64,000 nt of DNA from an uncultured bacterium (GTDB lineage Bacteria; Verrucomicrobiota; Verrucomicrobiia; Limisphaerales; UBA8199). The stretch spans positions 384,001 to 448,000 of the forward strand of contig CAVVMW010000012.1 in NCBI GenBank assembly GCA_963749495.1, read 5' to 3'. Positions within the stretch are counted from its first letter, which is position 1. Each line of letters begins with the position of its first letter. The notes under the pieces are model-generated. The model ran no database searches, had not been told where the DNA came from, and saw only the letters and a list, made by a program, of their open reading frames with translations. The translations under genes and the position numbers were made by a program. This document shows, piece by piece, positions 38,914 to 48,951 of this stretch.

Positions 38914-41900
38914 TTACGGCCCTGGCGTGAGGAGCTTGATGCGGTAGAAGCGGCGGGGTTCCTGTCCGGTGACCGTGTTAACCACCTGGGCCGAGCCGGC
39001 TGTGAATGTGCCTGAGGCGACAGTGGTCCAGGTGAGCAGGTCGCTGCTGGCCTGGAGTTCGTAGGCCTGGCCGACGACTCCCGACAGGGTCAGGGTGCAT
39101 TGGCCGGCAGCAGGCCGGCGAGAGAGACCGTGCACACCGTGGGGCCTTGCACGGTGACCACCCGTATCTGGATAGTCTGGGCCACGCTGGTGATGCCGTC
39201 GCTAACGCGAATCGTCACGGCGTTGGTGCTGGGGGCCTGGGCGGCCGTGGGGGTCCAGGTGAATACGCCGTCCGGGGTGATGCTCGAGCTGGCCGGGGCG
39301 CCGGGATCGAGGCTGAAGGTGAGGGTCTGGGGCGGCAGGTCCGCATCCGTAGCGGTGGCCGTGAAGGTCAGCGGGGTGTTGGCAATCACCGTTTGGTCAA
39401 CCAGCCTCCCCAGGACCGGCGGTGTGTTGGCCGGATAAACCACCACCGTGAAGCTCTTGCTGTCGGACATCGAGGGCACTCCGTTGTCGATGACCCTGAC
39501 TGTGATCAGGTTCGTGCTGGGCGACTGGGCGGCCGTGGGCGTCCAGGAAAACTGGCCCGCGGGCGTGATGCTGGCCCCGGCGGGGGCGCCCGCACCCAGC
39601 CTGAAGGTCAGCGTCTGCGGAGGCTGGTCGGTGTCCACCGCACTGGCTGTGAAGCTCAGCGGTGTCATGGCATAAACCGCTTGGTTGGGGATGGCCGCCA
39701 GCCTTGGCGGCGTGTTGGGCAAGAGCGCCAGCGGCGTCAGGACCAGGTCCCGGCCAAAGTCGTTCCAGCCATCCGCCAGGTCCGGCGGAATCGGCCGCGG
39801 AATCAGAGTCGAATCCACCGTGGCATTCACAAAGGCCACCACCCCGCCCTTGGCCTTGGCCGCAGCCGCCGCGACAAAGTTGCTGGAATCTCCGCTCCAC
39901 ATCACCAGGCCCAGCACCACGCTGCTGCCCCGAGGCTGCACCATCGGCAACGCCACTTGATCCAGGAAAAACGTTCCCGGATCACGCTCGCCCATCATCT
40001 GGCCGCTCCAGGTCTGGGCCAGGACAAAACCGTCTCCAGCCAGGTTGCCGTAGGCCACAACGTTGGTCGCGCCGTTGATGTTCCCCGGCACCTGCGTGCT
40101 ATCGAGCACCCACAGTTCCATGCCATAGACACCCGTGTACCAGTTGGCCGCCCGGTCCACGGCCACTCCGTTGGTTGCCAAGGAATTGTCCATCATCAGG
40201 TCGCCCGTCGGCGCCAGCGGCAGCACCACCACCGTAAAGCTCTTGCTGTCGGAGAGTGCCGGCACCCCGCTGTCGGTCACCGTGATACTAATCAGGTTCG
40301 TGCTGGGCGCTTGGTTGGTCGAGGGCGTCCAGGTGAAGAGCCCGCCCGGTGTGATGGCGGCGCCGGTTGGCGCGCCGGCGCCCAGGCTGAAGGTCAGCGT
40401 CTGGGCGGGCACGTCGGCGTCCGTGGCATGGGCGGTAAAGCTCAACCTGGCCGGGGCACAGGCGTTCACATTGGCCGGGGCCTGCAGCACCGGCGGCGTG
40501 TTGGGCGGGTACACCACCACCGTGAAGCTCTTGCTGTCGGAGAGCGGGGGCGACCCGCTGTCTGTCGCTTTGATCGTGATGAGATTGGTGCTCGGGGACT
40601 GCGTTGCCAGAGGCGTCCAGGTAAACAAGCCGGAGGGGGTAATGCTGGCGCCGGCGGGCGCGCCCGGACCCAGGCTGAAAGTCACCGTTTCAGGCGGTTG
40701 GTCCGTGTCCGTGGCGCTGGCCGTGAAGCTCAGAAGCGTGTTGGCATAGATGTTTTGGTCGGCCGGCGCGGCCAGTTGCGGCGGCGTGTTGGGCCGATAA
40801 ACCACCACCGTGAAGCTCTTGCTGTCGGAGAGCGGGGGCGAGCCGCTGTCGGTCGCCACGATGCTAATCCGGTTGGTGCTCGGGGACTGCGTCGCCAGAG
40901 GCGTCCAGGTAAACAAGCCGGAGGGGGTAATGCTGGCGCCGGCGGGCGCGCCCGGGCCCAGGCTGAAAGTCACCGTTTCAGGCGGTTGATCCGTGTCCGT
41001 GGCGCTGGCCGTGAAGCTCAAAAGCGTGTTGGCATAGATGTTCTGGTCGGCCGGCGCGGCCAGTTGTGGCGGCGTGTTGGGCCGATAAACCACCACCGTG
41101 AAGCTCTTGCTGTCGGAGAGCGGGGGCGAGCCGCTGTCGGTCGCCACGATGCTAATCCGGTTGGTGCTCGGGGACTGCGTTGCCAGAGGCGTCCAGGTAA
41201 ACAAGCCGGAGGGGGTAATGCTGGCGCCGGCGGGCGCGCCCGGACCCAGGCTGAAAGTCACCGTTTCAGGCGGTTGGTCCGTGTCCGTGGCGCTGGCCGT
41301 GAAGCTCAGAAGCGTGTTGGCATAGATGTTTTGGTCGGCCGGCGCGGCCAGTTGTGGCGGCGTGTTGGGCCGATAAACCACCACTGTGAAGCTCTTGCTG
41401 TCGGACATCGGAGGCACTCCGTTGTCGCTGACCCTGATGGTGATCAGGTTCGTGCCGGGCGACTGGGCGGCTGTGGGCGTCCAGGAAAACTGGCCGGCGG
41501 GCGTGATGCTGGCGCCGGAGGGCGCGCCCGTGCCCAGGCTGAAGGTCAGCGTCTGAGGAGGCTGGTCGGTGTCAACCGCACTGGCTGTGAAGCTCAGCGG
41601 TGTCGTGGCATAGACCGCCTGGTCGGGGATGGTCGCCAGCCTTGGCGGCGTGTTGATTCCATAGACCGTCACCCGGAAGCTCTTGCTGTCGGACATGGCC
41701 GGCGTGCCGTTGTCGGTGACGCGCACGGTGATGAGGTTGGTGCTCGGGGCCTGGGCGGCGGTGGGCGTCCAGGTGAAGACGCCGCCGGCTGTGATCGTGG
41801 CGCCGGTCGGGGCTCCAGCATCCAGGCTGAAGCTCAGGGTCTGTGCAGGCAGGTCGGCGTCAGTCGCGCTGGCTGTATAGCTCAGGAGTGTGCCGGCAGT

Positions 41901-42494
41901 GGCGGTCATGTCGGGAATCGCTGCCAGCACCGGTGGCGTGTTCGCCGACGGGGTCAAGGCCGTCATAACAAGGTCTCTGCCAAGGGCGTTCCAGCCATTC
42001 TCCAGGTCCGGTGGCATCGGCGGAGGTTTGAGGCTATAGTTGGCCGTCGCGTTTACAAAGGCGACGACGCCCCCTTTTGCGCCGGCCGCAGCCGCCGCGG
42101 CCCAGTTTGTGTAGTTTCCGGTCCAGACGGCAAACGCCAGCACCACCGAACTGCCGGGAGGCGTCACGCCGGCCATGTCCACCTCCCCCAGGCCGAGTGT
42201 CCCGCGAAACGTAGTGCTCATAGTCTGCCCGCTCCAGGTCCTTACGAGGCTCAAGCCACTGGTGCTCAACAAGTTATGGGCGGCGACGTTCCCGGCGGAA
42301 TTGATGCCGGCCGGAACGGTTGTGCCGTTCAATAACCACAACTCGACGCCGTAAGTGCCTGAGTAATAACTTCCGGCACTGTCCACGGCTACTCCGTAAG
42401 TGGACAGCGAATTGTCGAGATTTACCGCGCCCTGGCCAAGTGCCGCCGATGTCAGGCCCAGTAAGGCTATCGCTGCAATGGTGAGTTTCTGCAT
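38914..42494 (-). CDS. Large secreted protein with eight He_PIG/cadherin-like Ig repeats and FYR C-terminal domain (frameshift near 39130)
   Basis: Signal peptide; repeated NTPP.L...ATDxDxPxQTLTFSL...G.FTWTP; ORF 38914-39135 supplies the terminal domain. Confidence 0.9.
40505..41405. repeat. Near-identical 288-bp intragenic tandem repeats (three copies)
   Basis: GTGAAGCTCTTGCTGTCGGA recurs every 288 bp (about 40522, 40810, 41098, 41386). Confidence 0.9.
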
Positions 42495-42709
42495 AATGGT
42501 GGATTGAGAGACGATCAGAAGATCAACGGCTGACGATAAACAGTGCTCCTGCGGCCCTGATGGAGGCTGGTTCAGGCCCGCCCGCGTTGTATAGTTGTTC
42601 GCTCAGGTTTTCCCCCACAATCGGCTGGGGGTCAAGACAAATCGAGATGCCCGCCCGCAACGCTTATCGGCAGAACCGGCAAGAACTTTAGCCACTTCTT
42701 TTGCCCGTC

Positions 42710-42806
42710 CTGGGGCGCCGACGCCCGCAGCCAGGGCAGTGCGCCTGCCCGCTCCGCCGCTGCTGCGCCCGGAGACGGGCTCACTGCGGGGTGTCGGGAT
42801 ATGCCC
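42710..42806. mobile_element. Partial copy of the GGGCGCATCC-TIR element
   Basis: GCTGCTGCGCCCGGAGACGGGC...GGTGTCGGGATATGCCC. Confidence 0.55.
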
Positions 42807-42900
42807 GGGGGGCCTCCCCTATCGAAATTTACGACTTGCCAGCCGTCCTATAAAGGGTAAAAAGAGAACGAACAAACAGTCCGTTGGCGATTCGATATAT

Positions 42901-44220
42901 ATGAGTTACCACGACAAAGTGCCCGCCCTCAAAGTTGGCCAGGCAGAAGCGCCGGTCTCGTACCCGGTGCTGCGGCCGGTCGCATCGCAGCCGGTGAACC
43001 ATCGGATTGTTCCCGGCAAGATACCGGGCGCGCCCCGGTGCGCGCTGCTGGACAAGGTGCAGGATTTCAAGAGCGCAGACCAGTTGCGGGCCATGGGCCT
43101 TTATCCTTATTTCCGGGTCATCTCGTCGGCGCAAGACACCGAGGTGCTCATAGATGGCAAGAAGGTGTTGATGTTGGGGTCCAACAGCTATCTGGGCCTG
43201 ACCAATCACCCGAGGATCAAGGAAGCGGCGCGGGCAGCGGTCGAGAAATACGGCACCGGCTGTGCCGGCTCTCGTTTCCTCAACGGCACCCTCGATATCC
43301 ACATCGAACTGGAACGGGAGCTGGCCCAACTGGTCCGCAAAGAGGCCGTCCTGCTCTACAGCACAGGTTTCCAGGTCAACCTCGGCGTCATCAGCGCCCT
43401 GGTCGGCAAAGGCGAATACGTGCTGGGTGACAAGAGCAACCACGCCAGCATCGTCGAGGGGTGCCTGGTCTCGCAGGGCAAGTTCCTCCGTTTTCCCCAC
43501 AAGGACATGGCCGCCCTGGAGAGCCGCCTGCGCAACCTGGAGCCCGACCCCGGCAAACTCATCGTCGCGGACGGCGTCTTCAGCATGGAGGGCGACATCA
43601 TCCCGCTGCCGGAGCTCTGCCGCATCGCCACCCGCTACGGGGCGGCGGTGATGATCGATGACGCCCACGCCATTGGCGTCCTGGGCAAGAACGGCGCCGG
43701 CACGGCCAGTCATTTCGGGCTGACTGACCAGGTCGGGCTCATCATGGGCACCTTCAGCAAGTCGCTGGCCAGCCTGGGTGGCTTTATCGGTTCGGACGCC
43801 CAGACCATTGATTACCTCAAGCACCACTCCCGCCCGCTGATCTTCAGCGCCAGCATGAGCCCCGCCAATGCGGCGTCGGTCCTGGCGGCCCTGCGCATCA
43901 TGACCCAGGAACCCGAGCGCATCGCCCGGCTCTGGCAGAATACGGCCCGGATGAAGGACGGGCTCGACCGCCTGGGCTTCGACATCGGCGATTCTCAAAC
44001 CCCCATTTTGCCCCTCTATTGCCGCGACCTGCTGGTCGCCTTCAAATTCTGCAAACGGCTCCATGAGGAGGGAGTCTTCGTCAACCCGGTCGTCTCCCCG
44101 GCAGTGGCGCCCGGAGAGGAATTGATCCGCATCAGCCTGATGGCAACCCATACCGACCAGCACATCGACTTCGCCCTCGACAAGCTCGGGAAGGTGGGCA
44201 AGGAGTTGGCGCTGATCTGA
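42901..44220 (+). CDS. Alpha-oxoamine synthase, most like bacterial serine palmitoyltransferase
   Basis: [36 protein letters not shown] and GTFSKSLAS (PLP lysine). Confidence 0.8.
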   Translation: MSYHDKVPALKVGQAEAPVSYPVLRPVASQPVNHRIVPGKIPGAPRCALLDKVQDFKSADQLRAMGLYPYFRVISSAQDTEVLIDGKKVLMLGSNSYLGLTNHPRIKEAARAAVEKYGTGCAGSRFLNGTLDIHIELERELAQLVRKEAVLLYSTGFQVNLGVISALVGKGEYVLGDKSNHASIVEGCLVSQGKFLRFPHKDMAALESRLRNLEPDPGKLIVADGVFSMEGDIIPLPELCRIATRYGAAVMIDDAHAIGVLGKNGAGTASHFGLTDQVGLIMGTFSKSLASLGGFIGSDAQTIDYLKHHSRPLIFSASMSPANAASVLAALRIMTQEPERIARLWQNTARMKDGLDRLGFDIGDSQTPILPLYCRDLLVAFKFCKRLHEEGVFVNPVVSPAVAPGEELIRISLMATHTDQHIDFALDKLGKVGKELALI

Positions 44221-44221
44221 A

Positions 44222-44290
44222 GGTCGAGGGTCGAGTGCCGAGGGTCGAGGGTCGAGGGAACGGATCTCCGTCCCTCGCCCCTCGCCCCTG
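44222..44290. repeat. (GTCGAGG)n and (CCTCGCC)n inverted heptamer arrays
   Basis: Read directly. Confidence 0.75.
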
Positions 44291-44326
44291 GGCCTCGCCT
44301 TGCGGTGCGCAGACTTCTGAATTGCC

Positions 44327-45316
44327 GTGGATCATTTGCCTTTGAAGATCCTCCTTACAGGCGCCAGCGGCTTTGTCGGCAGTCACGTCCTGGACAAGCT
44401 CCGAGCCAGGGGGCTGCCCACGGCCATTCTCCTGCGGCCCAGCAGCCGCAGCCGCTTCATCGAGCCGCACCTTTGCTGGGCAGAGACCCGGCCGGGCTCG
44501 ATCCTGGAGCCGGCGGCCTGCAGGGTGGCCATGGCCGGCATCACCCACGTCATCCACTGCGCCGGCTGCACCAAGGCCGCCCGCGCCTCGGAGTTTTACC
44601 AGGTCAACCAAACCGGGACCCGCAACGTCATCGAAGCGGCCAACGCCCAGGCCGGGGTGCAGCGGCTCCTGTACCTCTCCAGCCTGGCCGCCGCAGGACC
44701 GGCCTTGCCCTCCAAGCCGCTCCTCGAGACCGACCCGCCACGCCCCGTCTCCGATTACGGCAAGAGCAAGCTGGCGGGCGAGGGCGAGGTGCTGCGCCGA
44801 TGCCGCCCGGAATTCGTCATCCTGAGGCCCCCGGGTGTATATGGGCCGCGCGACGGCGAGTTTCTCAGGCTGTTCAAGGCCGTAAAGGCCCACCTGCTTC
44901 CCCGGCCGGGCCGGCAGGCCCTGAGCCTGATCTTTGCGGAGGACCTGGCCGAGGCCGTGGTGACCTGCCTCGACCATCCCGCAGTGGCCGGGAAGACCTA
45001 CTTCGTGGCCTGCCCTGAGGTCGTGACAGCCCGTGGGATGGCGGCGGAGATCGCCGCGCAGATGGGGGGCTGGACCCTGCCGCTGCCGCTGCCGGCCGCC
45101 GCGCTCTGGCCGCTCTGCCTGGCGCAGCAACTGCACTCGCGCCTGACGGGCAAACCCAACCTGCTCAGCCTCCAGAAGTTTGCCGAACTGCGCGCCCCGG
45201 GGTGGGTGTGCGACCCGGGCCTGTTCCGCCTCCAGACCGGCTGCCCCTGCCCCACCACGCTCCAGCCCGGCATCGGCCGGACCCTCCAGTGGTACCGGGC
45301 CAACGCATGGATCTAA
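44327..45316 (+). CDS. NAD-dependent epimerase/dehydratase (extended SDR)
   Basis: TGASGFVG, SSLAA, YGKSK and RPPGVYGP motifs. Confidence 0.9.
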   Translation: MDHLPLKILLTGASGFVGSHVLDKLRARGLPTAILLRPSSRSRFIEPHLCWAETRPGSILEPAACRVAMAGITHVIHCAGCTKAARASEFYQVNQTGTRNVIEAANAQAGVQRLLYLSSLAAAGPALPSKPLLETDPPRPVSDYGKSKLAGEGEVLRRCRPEFVILRPPGVYGPRDGEFLRLFKAVKAHLLPRPGRQALSLIFAEDLAEAVVTCLDHPAVAGKTYFVACPEVVTARGMAAEIAAQMGGWTLPLPLPAAALWPLCLAQQLHSRLTGKPNLLSLQKFAELRAPGWVCDPGLFRLQTGCPCPTTLQPGIGRTLQWYRANAWI

Positions 45317-45356
45317 GGCGCCAAGCCACCAGGTCCCCTCGGACGCTGCGAGGAAG

Positions 45357-45595
45357 TCGAAATCCGAAATCCGAAGCACGAAATCCGAAACAAATTCAAA
45401 ATTCAAAAAAGAAATGTTCAAAACCCGGGGGCTGCTGGCGTATCGAGCGCTTCAACGAACGTCCAGAGCGGCTGAACCGGCAGAATTCGGACAGTTGCGT
45501 CAATGCCCAAAACTCCTTTGACCTTCGAGTTTTGAACATTTGAGCTTTGGATTTTGAATTTGTTTCGGATCTTGGATTTTGGATTTTGGATTTCC
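45357..45595. repeat. Inverted pair of AAATCCG-type heptamer arrays
   Basis: AAATCCGAAACAAATTCAAAAT...AAATGTTCAAAAC mirrored by GTTTTGAACATTT...ATTTTGAATTTGTTTCGGAT. Confidence 0.85.
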
Positions 45596-45633
45596 GGCTC
45601 CCCCTTCTGCGTTTTCTGCGTGTTCCGCGGGCA

Positions 45634-46564
45634 TTACTTCTGCGCTCCAGCCAGCACGGTCTCGAAATGGGGCGGTTGCTCCTCGCGGGCCACGACGTTG
45701 ATCTCGATCTTCTTGAAGCCGGCCTCCTCGAGCCAGCGATGAAGGTCGCTCTCGGCAAAACCGAGCCAGTGGTCGCCGTAGAGTGTGTGGGCCTCCTCGA
45801 ATTTGTGCCGCGCCAAATCCAGAATCATGACCTGGCCGCCGGGCTTGAGAATCCGCCAGGCACCGGCGATGGCCCGCGCCGGTTCGACGGCGTGGTGCAG
45901 CGCCTGGCTTAGGATGACAAGGTCCACGCTCTCGGGTTCCACCGGCGGGTCCTGCAAATCCCCGAGCCGGAACTCAAGGTTCTTGAGATTGTTCTTCCGG
46001 GCCTTGGCCGCGCCGAAAGCGACGATCTTCTCGGAGTTGTCCACCGCGATGACCTTCTTGCAGCGCCGGGCCAGCAGTTCGCTGAGCAGTCCCTCGCCCG
46101 ACCCCAGGTCCGCCACCACCAGGGGCGGCAGCACCCGCAGCAGCAGGTGCCCAAAGGCCTGCCACGAGCGGCCCGGGCCATACACCCGGTCGAACCGCCC
46201 GGCCACCTGGTTGAAAAAGACCTGCGCCTGCTCCCGGCGGCGATTGAGTATCCGCCTCAGGTTGATCTGGTCGCCGGCGTGCTCGGGCAACTCCCGGGCG
46301 CCGCGGATGGCCAGTTGGGTGAACTCCCCTGCCCCGCCCTCGGACTGCCGGCTCAGCTTGTAGAAGGTCCGCTTGCCCTCGCGCCGCGCCTGGACCAGGC
46401 CACAATCCAACAGCAGCCCCAGGTGCGTCGAAATGCGCGACTGCCCCATCCGGGTGATCTCCTGCAGTTCGTTGACCGACAGACTCATCCTTCTCCAGCA
46501 GCGCCACGATGCGCAGCCGCGTCGGGTCCGACAACGCGCGCAGGTATTTCAGGGTGTTGGGCAT
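45634..46564 (-). CDS. ArsR-HTH plus SAM-methyltransferase-domain regulator (SahR-like), frameshift near 46484
   Basis: MPNTLKYLRALSDPTRLRIVALL joins LSVNELQEITRMGQSRISTHL; ADLGSGEG and ALHH motifs; near metK-ahcY. Confidence 0.85.
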
Positions 46565-46589
46565 GAGGCCAGGATTTTGTCGGACGTTC

Positions 46590-47358
46590 TCATCCGAAAA
46601 GCTGATCAAATGTTGCCCTGCTGTGCTGGTAGAGGCGCTCCGCGAAATCGTTCACGTACAACATGTCGGGCGAAAACCGCTGCGCCCGAACACGAATAGC
46701 AAACCCCGGCGCGGTTTTGTCGGGAGTAAAAAAAACCAACCCAATTCCGAACAGCAGACAAAGTGCCTCGAGTTCGTCGGTTGTCCTCTTCGGCCAGCGT
46801 GTTGGGCATGACCGCATAGACTTTGGTTGAAAAGAGCCGGTAAGCGATCGCCTGGCCAAACGCGACCACTGGCGCTTGCGGATCAATCTTGATTTCTGCT
46901 GAGACTATCTCAATGTCGAACTTGATCCTGTGCGAAGCAAGAGGCTTGTAAGCGCCAATGACATCCGGGGTGCCCCATTTTCCCTTCATGGCGGCTCCTC
47001 CAAGGCTCATGGCTACTGTGACCTCACCGAGATTAGTCTTGAGGTACTGGGCGAATGGTGCGTAAAATTCCTCCTCAGTTACCCTGACGCCAGTGGGTTT
47101 CCCCACCGCCTGCGCAGTTTGGCCTTGTTCAGTGCCATGGAGGCCAGCAGGCTTGTAGAGGCCGCGGCTGGGCTTGAGGATCTCTGAGGGCAAGTTCACG
47201 TCGAGACAGCAGACTTGCGTCTCGATCATGTTGCGGTTTGTCTCGGGGTGCATCGCAACCAATTGCTTCACGATCTCCCCGTAGCGAATGCCCTGGGGAT
47301 TCCTCAAAATGATTTCCTTGGCTGCCTGTCGGACTTCGCTCGTAGTTAGTTTGGCCAT
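46590..47358 (-). CDS. HTH plus PD-(D/E)xK nuclease-like protein, frameshift near 46780
   Basis: N-terminal wHTH-like region ending KPSRGLY; KWGTPDVIG...SAEIK...AFGQAIAY; continues in ORF 46590-46886 (LEALCLLFGIGLVFF). Confidence 0.7.
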
Positions 47359-47586
47359 AGAATTCGCTCTCCCTGGCGGTCTTGGTGGGGCCCGAGCCGC
47401 TGCACCAGCGCGCAAGCGGACTCCCAGGTCAGCATTGGTTCGACAAATGCTCGGGCCACGTTCACGACCCGAGAATAATCACTAATATCCCTGGTATTCA
47501 AGAGGCTTTCTGTTCCAGTTTGCTCTTCCGGCGTTGAAAAACCTGTTGAAGCCATGCCGAGATTGCACTTATATTGGAACCGAATC

Positions 47587-47976
47587 ATGGAAACGAGAGC
47601 GGCAACCCGGAAACGCGGCGGGCGTCACAAGCGAGCGTATCGCCATAAACGGCCGCTAATTGCGCAGGAGCAGATTCAGGCCTATTGCGACGCGGTAGCC
47701 CGTGAGTTCCGGCCTCGGAAGATAGTGCTGTTCGGCTCCTACGCTTATGGCCAACCCACACCGGATTCGGACGTGGATCTGCTCGTGATTCTGGCGTTCC
47801 GGGGCAGCGACGTTTCCAAGGCCATCCAGATCGGCTCGCGTTTCGACGCGCCGTTTCCGCTCGATTTGCTCGTCCGCAAGCCCCAGTTCATCGCCGAGCG
47901 CCTCCGGGAGCGGGACATGTTCATCGAATTGGTGATGACTCAGGGCCGAGTGGTTTATGAAGACCAGCACGCGTGA
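47587..47976 (+). CDS. Minimal nucleotidyltransferase (MNT) antitoxin
   Basis: LFGSYAYG...DSDVDLLV. Confidence 0.9.
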   Translation: METRAATRKRGGRHKRAYRHKRPLIAQEQIQAYCDAVAREFRPRKIVLFGSYAYGQPTPDSDVDLLVILAFRGSDVSKAIQIGSRFDAPFPLDLLVRKPQFIAERLRERDMFIELVMTQGRVVYEDQHA

Positions 47977-48347
47977 GTGGGTGGCGAAGGCGGAAGAGGA
48001 CTTCGTGGCCGCGGGCATCCTTGCCCGACTGCGGAAGAAGCCGCTCTGGCCGCTGGTCTGCTTTCACGCCCAACAATGTGTCGAAAAGTACCTCAAGGCC
48101 CGCCTCAACGAGGCCTCAGTTCCTTTCCTGAAAACGCACGACCTCGACCAGTTGCTGAACCAAGCCCTAACGGTCGAGCCACTTTGGTCCACGTTCCGCC
48201 CCGGATTGAGACGCTTGAGGGGTGCCGCTATAGTTCCCCGCTATCCCGGCGGAGTACAGGACGAAGGCAGAGGCCCAGAGCGCCCTGAAAACGTCCCGGG
48301 CATTCCGCAAGGAGGCCCGCCTCTCCTTGGGGCTGCCGGCCAAGTAA
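47957..48347 (+). CDS. HEPN domain protein, frameshift near 48251
   Basis: W...AEED, CFHAQQCVEKYLKA, KTHDL and RYPG; tail ...EARLSLGLPAK* in the shifted frame. Confidence 0.85.
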
Positions 48348-48366
48348 CGGAGACCCCGGGTGCAGG

Positions 48367-48639
48367 TCAACCCGCACCGCGCATCTTGCCCCGGAACCGA
48401 ACCATCTTGCCCGCCTTCCGAGCCGCCTCTACCTCGCGGCCCACAAAGGCCGCAGCACGTTCCAACTGCGCCTCGCTCACGCCGTATTCCTGCAGTGCAG
48501 GATCGGCGCTGATCACCTCGACCGGCCGTAGCCCAATAACCTGCCCATCCACGACAATTCCGATGTCCTCACCTGCCAGCGCCCGCTTGAGCCAATAGCC
48601 CAGCCTTTGCCGGGCTGCGGCCACCGCCAAAGTCTTCAT
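48367..48639 (-). CDS. Phd/YefM-like antitoxin, orphan
   Basis: MKTLAVAAARQRLGYWLKRALAGEDIGI; own TTGACA/TAGGCT promoter. Confidence 0.75.
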   Translation of the reverse strand: MKTLAVAAARQRLGYWLKRALAGEDIGIVVDGQVIGLRPVEVISADPALQEYGVSEAQLERAAAFVGREVEAARKAGKMVRFRGKMRGAG

Positions 48640-48680
48640 AATGTGAGCCTAATGTCGCCTTTTCCCGCCTGTCAAGAACC

Positions 48681-48839
48681 GGGCGCATCCTGAGACTACC
48701 CCCGCCACCGCCGCCGAAGGGCCGGAGCGCCGGCTTCAGCCGGCTTTGGACGTTCAACGTTCACAGGGACCCGGATGGGTTCAGGTGCGCGCAAGGCCGG
48801 CTGAAGCCGGCGCTCCGGGGGCGGTGTCGGGATGCGCCC
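48681..48839. mobile_element. MITE-like element with GGGCGCATCC TIRs, cargo type B
   Basis: GGGCGCATCCTGAGAC...GTGTCGGGATGCGCCC; internal CCGGAGCGCCGGCTTCAGCCGGC...GCCGGCTGAAGCCGGCGCTCCGG. Confidence 0.75.
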
Positions 48840-48867
48840 GACCAAAAACCACTTCGCAAATTCCCTA

Positions 48868-48922
48868 TTGACTTCTGGCACGACGCTCGTATCATCCTAT
48901 CCTGATACGTCAATATGACGTA
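48868..48922 (+). promoter_or_regulatory. metK promoter and downstream palindromic operator
   Basis: TTGACT-N16-TATCAT; TACGTCA-ATA-TGACGTA at 48906-48922. Confidence 0.7.
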
Positions 48923-48951
48923 ATGCAATTCGGTCCATTGAGCTTAATGAC

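Noticed and set aside
40505..41405. Regularly spaced repeats as a CRISPR array
   Set aside because: They are 288-bp in-frame protein domain repeats with no unique spacers, and no cas genes are in the window.
39147..42335. Very long antisense ORFs (also 4485-5783, 6911-8956, 25910-27457, 50283-51893, 60099-61715)
   Set aside because: Shadow ORFs expected from high GC3 opposite real genes; no protein motifs.
47346..47588. 80-aa minus-strand ORF upstream of the nuclease
   Set aside because: No recognisable motif and it overlaps the MNT promoter region.
48840..48951. SAM riboswitch upstream of metK
   Set aside because: The leader after the predicted promoter is only about 50 nt and lacks SAM-I core motifs; a protein operator is more plausible.
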